Below, one piece after another: positions 24,403 to 36,867 of a stretch of DNA of 64,000 nucleotides. Origin of the DNA: Antedon mediterranea (taxonomy: Eukaryota > Animalia > Echinodermata); contig NC_092675.1 of the NCBI RefSeq assembly GCF_964355755.1, forward strand, positions 18,944,912-19,008,911. Reading direction: 5' to 3'. The notes beneath the pieces were generated by a model. That model was not told the DNA's origin. It made no database searches and saw nothing but the letters and a program-made list of their open reading frames with translations. The stretch's first letter is position 1, and every line of letters begins with the position of its first letter. A program made the translations under genes and the position numbers.

Positions 24403-27400
24403 ATGACATCTCAAGAAGTATCCGATATGTTCAAGGCGTTCTTGGCTGGTGGTAAATGTTATCAATTTAAATTTGTTGAGAATAAAAGAGGCCAGAGGAC
24501 CGACGGTCGAGCGGGCTCTCCTCCTCTAATTAAAGGCCTACCATCTCTAGCATCCCATCGAGTGTCCTACCTATAGATAGGGGCTAGGCCTACCCTACGC
24601 TACAATACTATTAATTATATCAATAAAATAAAAAAAATATCTAACCTACAGATACAGTAAACCGCCATGTATGATTTCAGCCTAGCCTACTCTCTCTGGT
24701 AAAAACAGTCCTCCTTTCTGCTTGAAGTTGTAAGTCCTTAAATTAATTTAAATTTTGTTTTGTCTAGGAGTTGCTGGATGCTGTGCAAAAACAATGATAG
24801 CTCCACTGGACCGTGTCAAGATACTTCTTCAGGCTCAAAATGAACACTATAGACATTTATGTTAGTATAGTATGTTAATTATAATAAATAATGTGCTTTT
24901 TATTCATTTATTTATTACAGTAATGTGTCGCGTAAATATACATTAACAATATTAGATGTTTAGATTTAAAGTTTTACATGTGCCTATGACATGTATGAGG
25001 ATTACACAAGGAATACCACGATTACACGAGGAATATAAGATAAGTAAAAGCTTCGCTGATGCAACCGTATGATGCTTGAACTGTCACCGTATCACAACTT
25101 ATTTGTGTATGCAGTTTTCGTGCATTTATAATATGTCGATTTTTATTTAATCAAATTCTCACAAGCACCACACAAGAGTGCTTTTTCAAAACAAAAACAA
25201 AAAAATAAATATACAATATCTGGCTTAATAATAGTAATACCTATCTCATGTTTATTTCTATTATTATTTCTACTGTATTCATTATTGACTTTTTCTTATA
25301 TCTTTTAGCTGTGGCATCCTCAATAACGGCAGTGGTGAAGAAAGAAGGCTTTTGGGGTTTATACAAAGGAAACGGTGCAATGATGATTAGAATATTTCCC
25401 TACGGTGCAATACAATTTGTTTCTTATGAGCGATACAAAAAGGTTCTATGTCATTAACACCTTATTTGACTTTAAATCATAGTGATATTGTATATTGTAG
25501 CATATCATCGTTATTCTTTCAAAACCTTTTATATCCACGTATTTGTGCTTGTAAATGCATAATGGAATCCAGTAAAATAAAAATGAATAAAAGAATTTTA
25601 AATTTGTGTGTGTGTGTGTGTGATTATGATGGGAAAATAAAGATTGATTGAAATCCATTTTTAGTAATTTTAATTATTTGACATTTGGAAACGCCAAAAG
25701 TATAGACTACATAAATATAGTTGAATCAAAATATGGTCGTATAAATGTTGTCAAATATTTACCACATTTCACAGACTATATTGACTTTATTGTATTTTCA
25801 GATGGCCCTGTCATGGCTTGGTCAAGATTCACATGTTGCAAGACTAATGGCTGGTTCATTAGCAGGTAAGATGTTTAAACATATATGTCAGCACATTATT
25901 CTATCTTTAAATCTTTAGATTACTGTATCAACCATCTTTTATTAAGTCATTATTTAGTGCTCATGTGCTATAAAAAATGTCTTTATATCTATATATAAAT
26001 TTACGCAAGGGCAAGATTTTGAAAAAAAGTGGGTCATTTTGAAGTATCATAATACTGTAGTTATTAACTTTCACCAAAAATTAGTCGGGAAAAAAAATCA
26101 TTTAACTGAAATACAGACGTTTTTGATCAAAACATATCTCATAATGCAACGCGCTTGTTTGACTACTTTGTATGCATAAATCATAAAACTTCCTCGCGAT
26201 CTGTGTGAAAATACCTTCTCAACCGTGACGAGTTGTAAACAATCCCAATTAGTATCATGCATAATGCATACTCATGGTTTAAAATCTTTGTTTACTTTCG
26301 CTCGCGACGATTGTCCAGACGAAATGTAATCAAACTAATTTACCTGTTAATTACGTAAACTTTTGGCTCGAAATTTCGACTTAAAGTGAATAACTTTAAT
26401 ATTACTTTGATATGGCCAATTTAAATTTAGAATATTTTTACTTTCATTTTTTGTGTTTCAAGGGACAATACATCTTTAATAAAAATGTAGAATATATGTG
26501 GCTTCCTATTACATAATGGAATTATCCAACAGAAATCGCCCAAAACATGTGTGTGCTCATCATGGAGGAGAAAATCCATGGTGTGCATGTGTGATTGCAT
26601 GGACATTATGATTTTCAATCATCATTGTTTGTTGTTATATAGAATCTCATTCACCAAAAGGAATTTTAGGGTGGAATTGTTTTAACGCACCATAATAAAT
26701 TAAAAATTGTGTTTAGTTACAGTAGGCTAAGCCCAAGTCTTGGATTTTGTAAAGTATAGTTAATTCGATGGCTTTAGCTAGCTAGGCCTAACCTAAATGG
26801 AACACAATATGCCGGCTGGTCTAATAAAAAGTAACTAGGCCTAGAACTAGATATGGTACATTCATTATGAAAATAAGTAGCTATTGCATTATTTTAATAA
26901 CCTACTCAGGCTAGTATATCAACTCCCTGGCTGGTATGGTATAATAATATATAGTATACGGTCAAATGGAAAAACAGTACATGAATAAGATGCATATCAT
27001 CGTTGCAGAGTTAGGGGGTGCAAACAAAACATTTAACAGCCCGATAAATGAGTAAAAAACAACGGGCTAAAATCGTAACTCTGCAAATACTACATCAATT
27101 TTATCCATTCAAAAACTAAATTAATGTGCTTCTTGCTAAAAAAAAATGTTTTTAACGATGCAATCGTGTTCTGATAATGTTCATGTAAAATTAATTATGT
27201 ATAGCCAGAGTTGCTTATCTAAGGGCCTGTTCAGACCTACGGAGTTATGCTTTCATATTGTACGCGGCGTACAAGTCCATAGGTCTGAACCAGGAAAAGA
27301 TTAGTGGAAGCCACCTCGTACGACACTGATATTTCGTACGCTACGAAAGCTCAAGGTATGAGTTTAGTGGACGTCGCTTACAATACGAAAGTCACGCATC

Positions 27401-30400
27401 AATGAATATGACCTAGGTTAGATATCTAGCCAATCAAATTACAATATTCGCCACATCACATCTTGACATGTGCTCCTCTCATTGTATAGCCAAGCTGATC
27501 CATTTGTTGTGATCGGTGAACGTGCGAAAAAAATCATACCTTTTGTTGTTACACTATACAGTATTATTATTATTAATATTATTATATTAATTAATTTAAA
27601 ATGTCATCGAAGCGTGTGCATTGGCGAGAAACCGAAGTAAAATACCTTATTTCATTGTGGGGAAGCCCTGAGTTTAGAGATCGGTTGGAAGTGAAAAACT
27701 GGCGTAAAAGCACCGGCAACAAGATGTCTGTGTTCAACGAGATGGCGGACACGTTAGCAGATGGGCCATCCTCATAAAGAAGGATTTAATATCCAAACGA
27801 AATTGAAGCAGCGAAAGACCGAGTAAATAAATCTGGAGCCGGTGCAAGTACAGGATTTGAACATTTTTCTGCCATAAATGATATTTTAGATCATAGACCA
27901 AATATAAACCCAAACCCCAAAACGATCGGCTGGTTGGTATGCCTAACAACCCATCGATAATGCCGAGCCCAAATGTTCGGTCTAGGCCTGTAACTCGTAA
28001 ACCAACCACTACTACTTTTAATAACAACGAAGGTAGGTCTATGCGTGCGTTAGAGTTTGGTTAATCGCCAGCGAGTGACATCATATCCGTTTGTAACGCA
28101 ACTTCGTTGCAATGAATCTGAACACTTTGCTCTTACGACGCTCATTAAAATATGACCTTGGCTGTGATACGAAAGCATAACTCCTTAGGTCTGAACATAC
28201 CCTAAGAGATTATCATAACATTATGCAATCAATTAGCTTAATGACTTAAACACACACTAATCCTTTTTTTCCACAATGGACTGTATCTCAGTTTCCTATG
28301 TAAATATGGTAGTGCTATGACATCACCATATCCATATTATGGGCACATCCCATTTTTGTGTCACATAAAGTTTGATAGTGTAGACAGAGCTTTACAGCTT
28401 TACTATTAATCATGTTTATTTGTAGGTGTGACAGCTGTTTTATTTACATACCCACTCGATATGATACGAGCTAGGCTAGCATTCCAAGTTAGTGGTGAAC
28501 ATATCTACACTGGCATTATTCACACATTTCACAGTATATGGCATCAGGTAATAAACCTTTATTTATTTCTGTTTATCCAGTCAAATGAGCATGCATTTGA
28601 AGTATCACCAAATTCACCCTTTACAATATAAAGCTCTGTCTAAACTATCAAACTATGTAAACAATAATGTGATGTGCCCATATGGACATGATGATGTCAT
28701 ATCATTACCATATTTGGGCATATCACTACCATACTTGGGCACATCACAATTTATTGATAGTGTAAACAGAGCTAAGTCTACTATTAGTTTATGAACTTGA
28801 ATTTGGTTTTATATACAGTACTTTTTTAATACCCCTTACTATAGATGTTGATGCCCCAGATTTATTTAAAAAGTGCAAATTTATGTTTGGATGTATTTTT
28901 TTTCAAAATAGCACCCTCTATAGTTTTTTTTATGCTCAAGTTGGGACCTATGTGATTGGAATGGGAGTACAGTATATTTAGTTTGTTAAATATTACATAC
29001 TTTTTTATTGAATTATGATTTAGGAGGGCAAAATGAAAGGTTTCTATAGAGGTTTTATTCCAACTTTCATGGGCATGATACCATATGCAGGTAAGTTTTC
29101 TAATAATACTGGAGGCTCAGCAAAATCTAAATCCTGAGAAGTGAAAGCTAATTTAAGTATTTATATTTTAGAGTATTTGTTAATAAAAAAAAATGGCCAA
29201 TATTCCCAAAGGCCTAGATAAGAAGTTTGAACCACTAAAATATCTAGTTATATAATTCTAGTGCACGCAACCATACACATGGGATATATCAAAATGTTTC
29301 AAACTCATCAGAACCTCTTTCGAGGAGGGAGTATGGGTAATGGTGTATCAGAATGATCAGATTATTAAACTATGTTTGAAAGTGAGAGTGGATAATGTCG
29401 GGTATCAAAGTTACTAGAATTGTACTGGGAACGTTATAAACTACATTTGAAACCAGCCATGGGGTTTTTGGTATCTTTGGTAGTAATCTATATAAACAAA
29501 TACTGTACAATACATCATTGTAAGAACAAAACATATAAAAAACAGTTATTGATCACATTAAAGATGTAGTATCCGCCTAGTGAAAAAATAAATTAAATAT
29601 TTTTTTTTTGGTTGAATGTGCCATTTTAATGTCACATAATAGTTTTTTATGATTTTATACACCACTTGATTTTTGCTGTTGAGTGACTTTTTTCATTTGT
29701 TTTTTAGGCATCGCATTCTACACTTATGAAACTGGAAAACGTATAGCTTTAGATCATGGTCCTAAATTTGTATCGAAACCGTCACCTAGTCAGCCTGATG
29801 TAAAAGTATTAACAACACCTTGTAACCTGTTTGTTGGTGGCGTAGCAGGTGCCATAGCCCAAACAGTAAGGTAGGTAATACAGCGGCCTGCAGTCTTCTA
29901 CGAGTTTGGCTTGGTGGTTATGATGCTTGGCTACCATTCCAATGGTTCTGGGTTCAGGTCCTGTCGTCAGGATTTTTTATAATGACAAATTACAACTCCA
30001 TTACCAAAGACTTGTTATAAGACTTTGATTATGTGGAGCATCTTGTGTATATGTTTGTCTTGTAAACAGACTTTAAGAAGGATAGTGAATGAATTTTCTT
30101 TTCTGGTTATCTTTGGCACTTTGCCTAAATATATAAACAAAAGAAAACAAATAAATGTATACAGTCAACTCTCCCAATACAAAACTCTTTAAAAAACGGA
30201 AACTCCCAAACTAGACTTTCTAGAATATCCCAAATATTTGGGAAAAAGACGTATTAGTACAATGTCTGTTGCCATGACATTACTTATGTATTTATAAAAT
30301 GTATAAATTTTTTTAAGACTTCATTTCATTTATTATTCATGTCCAAATCACTCAGAAAAAACATGGTTTGACAGTTTATTTATCATATTCATTGTTTTAC

Positions 30401-31007
30401 CTGTTAATTTGGTTTAAATTGGTGTGATAACAATGCTAGGTTGATTATTACAGCTACCCACTTGATGTAGCAAGGAGGAAAATGCAATTGGGACATATGT
30501 TGGCAAACTCCCATCAGTTTGGGTGAGTAATCCAGTTCATACACTAATTATCAACACAACTCTTAATTTCTGAGAATTAGTGCTTAAAATAAATTATCTA
30601 AAATAGTACAACATAGATGATGAGAATTGTACTGGGAAGGTTTTAAAAACATTTCAAAACCACCCTGGATGGGCGAGAAAGAGTTGATTTAGGGAGGGGA
30701 AAAAGCGAAATTATAACGACAGATATATTTATTTAAGGCAGCCAAGATATTGAGCATTGTAATTATCATTATGTTATTACATTATATTTTTTCCATTTTC
30801 ATAACATTTTTTTACATTTCTTTTTAAATCAGTAATTGGATGCAAGTTCTTTTAATCGTTTACCAGCGCCATGGTTTGCGGAAGGGTCTATACCGTGGAT
30901 TAAGCATCAACTATGTACGAGCTATTCCATCCGTTGCTGTGTCCTTCACTGTCTATGAATTTATGAAGCAGCTTCTAAATATTCAACCGAAAAACAATAG
31001 TTTATGA
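24403..31007 (+). CDS. SLC25A16: Mitochondrial CoA carrier / Graves disease carrier protein; exons 24403-24451, 24768-24860, 25309-25443, 25802-25865, 28426-28547, 29024-29090, 29708-29870, 30454-30522, 30833-31007
   Basis: [90 protein letters not shown]. Three Px[DE]xx[KR] carrier repeats. All introns are GT-AG and in phase. Confidence 0.93.
26020..26479. mobile_element. Truncated Kolobok-family MITE (a further terminal fragment near 29559-29645)
   Basis: Ends in GGGACAATACATCT-TTAA and shares subterminal motifs with 16668-19095. Confidence 0.6.
27223..28202 (+). mobile_element. PIF/Harbinger derivative with a decayed Myb/SANT-like ORF
   Basis: TIR GGGCCTGTTCAGACCTACGGAGTTATGCTTTC / GAAAGCATAACTCCTTAGGTCTGAACATACCC with TAA TSD. 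Internal MSSKRVHWRETEVKYLISLWGS (27601) and FSAINDILDHRP. Confidence 0.85.
28300..28775. mobile_element. Two copies of a short MITE (28300-28393 and 28631-28773) in inverted orientation around SLC25A16 exon 5
   Basis: TTTGATAGTGTAGACAGAGCT versus AGCTCTGTCTAAACTATCAAA, with further complementary sequence inward. Confidence 0.7.
29903..30140 (+). mobile_element. Degenerate tRNA-derived SINE
   Basis: A-box-like TGGCTTGGTGG and B-box-like GGTTCAGGTCC, with an A-rich tail. Confidence 0.45.
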
Positions 31008-31789
31008 TGAATGTTGATTTGATGTACATTGACCAAATATTGACCGTAACATTTCCCTTTTACAGTACAACAATTTTTGTGAAAAAATCCAATGATAAAA
31101 TTTTACCTAAAAGGGAAATATTACTGTGTACATGCTTTTTACATGTAGAATTTTATTATTATTGTAGACATTTTTTGAATGAATCTAGTGCTAGTTGTTA
31201 ATTATGTATTGGTCTTTATCTGGTGTATCTATGGCTCTCTGTTTCTATTTGTGATGGATGGCTAAATATTGAAATTCATAAATTATTAGGTATTCTTACA
31301 AAAAATTCCTACAGCTCTGAGCCTCTCCATGTCAAACACTCAACTCAATCAGTAGTTGCAACATCTGTTTTTCTAAGGCAAAGATGGCCTTTTTTAATGG
31401 GCTAGTTCAAACTGCCACTTTGTGTATTTGTTTGTTAATATTAAATAAACATTAATAAATAGCAATTCCCTTTAATGACTATGAAAGAAATAGCACTGTA
31501 ATGTTAATTTTGCTTGTTTTTTTTTTCTTCAAGTAATCGGTGCCTGCATGGGTTTTGTCAGCAGAAATGGCTAGGAGGTGCATAATATTAATAATAATGG
31601 TGTAGCTTTCATATTATTATGAATAAATTATTTTAATAATGTTTTATGAATTAATGAAGGAGCACTGTTTAGTGTTTGAATTGTATTGTTTTTTAAGTTT
31701 TCAAATATGCAAAACTTTTTTTATAGTGTCTTTTTAATGTATTTTAAAATAATTTTCTGGAAACTTGTTGTGAAATAAAAATACCATTT

Positions 31790-34700
31790 TTAGGGAATAA
31801 GTAATTCTGTCTTTACTTACCCTATTTAGAATACGGTAATGGAGTATTGTAGCAGTCAAACGATGTCCAAAGCTGGAAGTATCCTAGGCTCGAAATAAAT
31901 AAACTATACGGAGTGTAGAAACCACATATCCACACGAAGCGCGTACGTACGTGCGTAGTGTAAGGTTAATAGGCTAGGCTAGTTCAGGACAATAATATAT
32001 ACAACGGTACAATAATTGAAACACGATAACATACAGTAACACGTAGTAAAATATGTAAAGTCAAAACGCTAAATATCAAAATGTAATAGTGCTAATAATT
32101 AGGACAACTAATTATTATCGTAAAGCTTGTACTAAAACTCGCAATGGTTTGCTCATAAAAATATGTCGATGTCTTCTCGTTGAAAACTTGACGCAGAGAG
32201 AGAGAGATCGCTCGTTGCGCGTTCGCTATATTTACAACAGCAATTTGTATAACTTTACGCGTTGAGCGCACACACGCAAATATGTGTGTGAAGTTCCTAC
32301 ATAGCTCCCCCCTAGCTCTTTGCCGCTAGGTGAGAGCGATAGAAAAAATAAGTTCATAAAGTTTAGTAAAAAGTATTCAGGTACAGTCATGCTCATTGAA
32401 TTTTTGTGGCCAATGTACGTGTCGTCCAGAGCGAGTTTGGCGGGGTGGCGACGGTGCGATTGTAATGTACGTCTCTGTCGTATGATGTTGCTGCCTGACT
32501 AGGTCCGTATTAGTTTGATCCGTATCTAAGTAAGCCGGTTTCAGTCTATCGAGACTTACTGTGTCCTGTTTTCCTGCGAGTTGTACAACGAAAAATTTGT
32601 CGCTCCTGCTAACAACTTTAAACGGGCCATTGTAAGGGCACTGTAGAGGCTTACGGACTTTATCACAGCGAATGAAAACGTGTGTACACTTAGCTAAATC
32701 TGTATGTACGTGTACCTTACGAGAATTGTGTCGCGTCGGTGTTGGACGTATGTTTTGCATAATGCGCTGCAGTCGATGAATATAGTTACTAGGGTCCAAG
32801 TCAGCATTAGTGGAAGAAGGCGTAACAAACTGCCCTGGCAAACGTAACGTGGTGCCGAAAACTAATTCTGCTGACGATAGCCCCAAGTCTTCCTTGACCA
32901 CCGTGCGAAGACCAAGAAGTACTAGCGGTAAAGCATCTGACCATAGCTGAGGGTCGTCGAGGGCCTTAAGCGAACCTTTAACGTGTCGGACATCGGTGTT
33001 AAATTGTGAGATGTAATCTAGGTGACGAATCTCTCGAGGTGAGTAGCGGTCCGAGCTTGCTTTCAGTGCAAATGTGAGCGGTTTGTGATCTGTGAGGATG
33101 AAAAATTCCCTTGCTTCAAGCAAATGACGAAAATGTCGGATAGCAAGGTAAGCGGCTAACAGTTCTCGTCCGAATGTGCTGTACCTTGCTTCAGCTGGAT
33201 TCATTCTGCGCGAGAAGAATGCGATAGGATGCCAGACGTCTTTTACCATCTGTTGTAGCACCCCACCAACCGCAAAGTTAGATGCATCAACCATTAAACA
33301 TAATGTGGCGGATGAATCGGGATGTTCCAGATAAGTTGCCTCTGCAAGTGCTACCTTAACAGCCTCAAAGGCCGTAATCGCCGTCGGTGGTAATGTAATT
33401 GATTTTCGAGGTTTACCTGCCAGTAAATCAGTCAACGGATGAGCTATATCTGAACATCGAGGAATAAAACGCCTGTAGAAGTTGATTAATCCTAAGAATT
33501 CGCGCAGTTTACGGACTGTGTCGGGTACAGGAAATGTTTCGATAGCTTCTATCTTGGAACGTAGTGGTCGGATACCCATGTCGTCGATATGATGTCCCAG
33601 AAATGTCAAAGACGAAACTCCCCATTCACATTTGACAGGATTAACTACAATACCAAATTCTTAAGACGGTCGAACAACAACCTGAGGTGACTTTCATGTT
33701 CTTGTTCATCATTGCTGGCTATGAGAAGATCGTCGATGTATGCGTATACAAAATCCAAACCACGTAAAACTTTATCGATGAACCGCTGGAATGTCTGTGC
33801 TGCGTCCAAGTCCAAACGGCATTCTTAAAAATTCGAACATCCCAAATGGTGTCGTTATTGCGGTTTTCGGCACATCTTCTGGTGCAACAGGTATCTGGTG
33901 ATAGGCTCGTACCAGGTCAATCTTAGAGAAAACTTTCTTTCCCTGAAGCGTAGCTGTGAAATCGTGAATATGAGGGATTGGATATCTATCCGGAACTAGC
34001 ATTATTGAGGGCTCTGTAGTCTCCACATGGTCTCCAATCACCTTCTGTTTGCTTCGCAACCATGTGAAGCGGCGAAGACCAGCAACTTTTTGACGGTTGA
34101 ATAATGCCCAGCTGAAGCATATGGTCGAACTCAGCTCGTGCGATTTTGAGTTTCTGTGGAGCCAATCTCCGAGGTCGGGCAGCGATCGATGGACCTTTGG
34201 TAGTTATACGATGAGTGACATCATGCTTAAGTTTGGCCTCTTTGAAACTCGGACGTGTAATTTTGGGAAAATATTTGCCAAGTATTGATTCATAACTTGA
34301 ATCAATCACAGGTCGAGGCAAAACAGGACTAAGCGAGCAGAGCTTAGATGCAGTACCTTAAATTAGTAGTAGAATCAATTAACTTGCGGTGTTTAACATC
34401 GACTAACAAACCAAAATGTTGCAGAAAGTCTGCGCCGACAATTGCTGAGGGAACATCGGCTATAGTAAACACCCATCTGCATGTCCATCTAAAACCAAAA
34501 TCAAGTGTTAAAGACCGTTCACCATAGGTGTTGATTTAAGAGTTGTTAACTGCTTGCAAAACAAAATCACTTTTTCGCTGTTGACGGTCTTGTTTTGTTG
34601 CAGGAAGGACGCTAATCTCAGCTCCCGTATCTACTAAAAACTTTAGTCCAGTATCTCTATCATAAATGTGAAATAAGCGACTATCAGAAACGGTGCCGGA

Positions 34701-36453
34701 CGAATTCGTCGCAGTTATTCGCCGGCTTTGGAGTTTTCCGAAGTTGGGAAACTGCATGGCGACCTGCACCTACGTGCTGCCTTGCCAAACCGGGTGTGAT
34801 ACCAGCACTGCTCTGAGTCATTTTCATTGGTTTGTGTTCGTTTAGCACTGGAAGAACGGTTCCAATTTCGGCTTCTGCTCCTGCTCTTATCCCGTTGTTG
34901 ATCGTTTGCCAAGGATGATACCATTGCGGTCAACTTGTTAATTTCAGCTCGTACCGTTTGAATTTCGTTTCGGTTGGCGTTAGCACTTGTCGGGTTAGAG
35001 ATTGCGGCTACTCTGGGTTGGCTGGGAGACACCTCTAAAATTCTGTCGGCTAATTCCGCTATCTGAGCGACGGTAACGTTTCCGCCTGTTGCGGCTAAAA
35101 TCAGTTGCACGTTATTGGGCAATCGCTGAATGAACAACTGTTTCAAGATCGAATCCTCTAATGTGCGGCTGCCTAACAACTGATACATTTTGCGCAATAG
35201 TTGTGTTGGTTTTCTGTCACCCAATTCCTCCGTAGTGAGCAGTTGGTGCAACCGTTTCTTCTCCGAATCGGAGGTCCGCTTAATTAACTCTTCCTTTAAC
35301 TTGCTGTATGGACCCTCAGCAGGAGGAGCTAATAGCAGATCACGTACCTCCTGGACGATCGAAGGCTGTAACGACGCCACGATATAGGCAAATTTCGTAG
35401 CTTGTATGATTTATTTCTTTTTTATTTTTAAATGCGCCTTGAGCACTCTGGAGTGGTATGTGCGCTATAAAAATCTTATTATTATTATTATTATTATTAA
35501 TATTGCGAGTTGCGAACTGCGCTTCCACTTGGGCAAACCATATCGCGGGATCGTTAGCCCAAAATGGTGGTAGCTTGAGGGTAAATGCCGCTAAAGGTAA
35601 TGCGCGTTGCGTGGCGACTGGTACCCCAGCATTACCTCCCGCTTGATCCACAGCAACTGCTGCTTCGGCTGGAGGAGGATCTTCCATTTTCGCCTCAAAA
35701 AATTAATAATTGTTTTAGGCCTACCTTATAATTAAAAGTAAACTGTGTAACAGAAATGTTTTCAAAAATAGTTGTACGTAGTACTATATATATAGTACGA
35801 TCAATGCTGTTTGCTGCCTCGTATACAGGATAGGCTTAGATAGGCCGAGTATCGCTAATAATACAAATGTTACATAAAAGAAGTACAGCCTACAGATGAA
35901 TACTCCACTACACTAGTCCATACGAATCACGTCGGGGTCACCACTTTTGGGAATAAGTAATTCGGTCTTTACTTACCCTATTTAAAATACGGTAATGGAG
36001 TATTGTAGCAGTCAAACGATGTCCAAAGCTGGAAGTATCCTAGGCTCGAAGTAAATAAACTATACGGAGTGTAGAAACCACATATCCACACGAAGCGCGT
36101 ACGTACGTGCGCAGTGTAAGGTTAAGGCTAGTTCAGGACAATAATATATACAACGGTACAATAATTGAAACACGATAACATACAGTAACACGTAGTAAAA
36201 TATGTAAAGTTAAAACGCTAAATATCAAAATGTATAGTGTTAATAATTAGGACAACTAATTATTATCGTAAAGCTTGTACTAAAACTCGCAATGGTTTGC
36301 TCATAAAAATATGTCGATGTCTTCTCGTTGAAAACTTGACGCAGAGAGAGAGAGAGAGATCGCTCGTTGCGCGTTCGCTATATTTACAACAGCAATTTGT
36401 ATAACTTTACGCGTTGAGCGCACACACGCAAATATGTGTGTGAAGTTCCTACA
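31790..36453 (-). mobile_element. Ty3/Gypsy LTR retrotransposon with both LTRs, internally defective
   Basis: LTRs 31790-32301 and 35946-36453 are nearly identical. TSD CATTT. PBS TGGTGACCCCGACGTGAT (tRNA-Trp) at 35926-35943. PPT at ~32305-32315. Coding motifs: gag [55 protein letters not shown]. Frameshifts are present and the integrase core is deleted. Confidence 0.95.
35411..35498 (+). mobile_element. About 90-bp LINE 3'-end retrocopy inserted in the Gypsy gag
   Basis: GCGCCTTGAG...GCGCTATAAA followed by a (TTA)n tail. It interrupts gag between ATRNI and IQATKFAYIVASL. Confidence 0.7.
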
Positions 36454-36867
36454 CATTTTACCTTTATTATTATTATTATTTTGTACTTTTTCTAACAGTT
36501 TCCCAAAATACCTCAAACATTTTGTTGGACATGTCATTTTCATTTTACATTGAGCATTTTTTTTTTCAACACTGACTGAAACATTTTTCTGCCCACCTCC
36601 AAATCAACTCTAAACATGGATTAATCCTTAAATTGAACCTTACCGTACTAAATGACGATTTTGTTTACCGTACACGTTTCGTGGTTCCTCGTGAAATATC
36701 AAAAGTCGCATGTGTTGTTGCTTGTGTCAAGCTAGCCGACAATAAGCAAGCCGACAATAAGCCAGCCCACTTTTATTTTTTCCAGCCGACAATAACTATG
36801 AAACGCCGTTTGTGTATTTTTCACATTTTCAGTATTGTTTAAGGTTTTTATAGTATTAGAAATTCAA

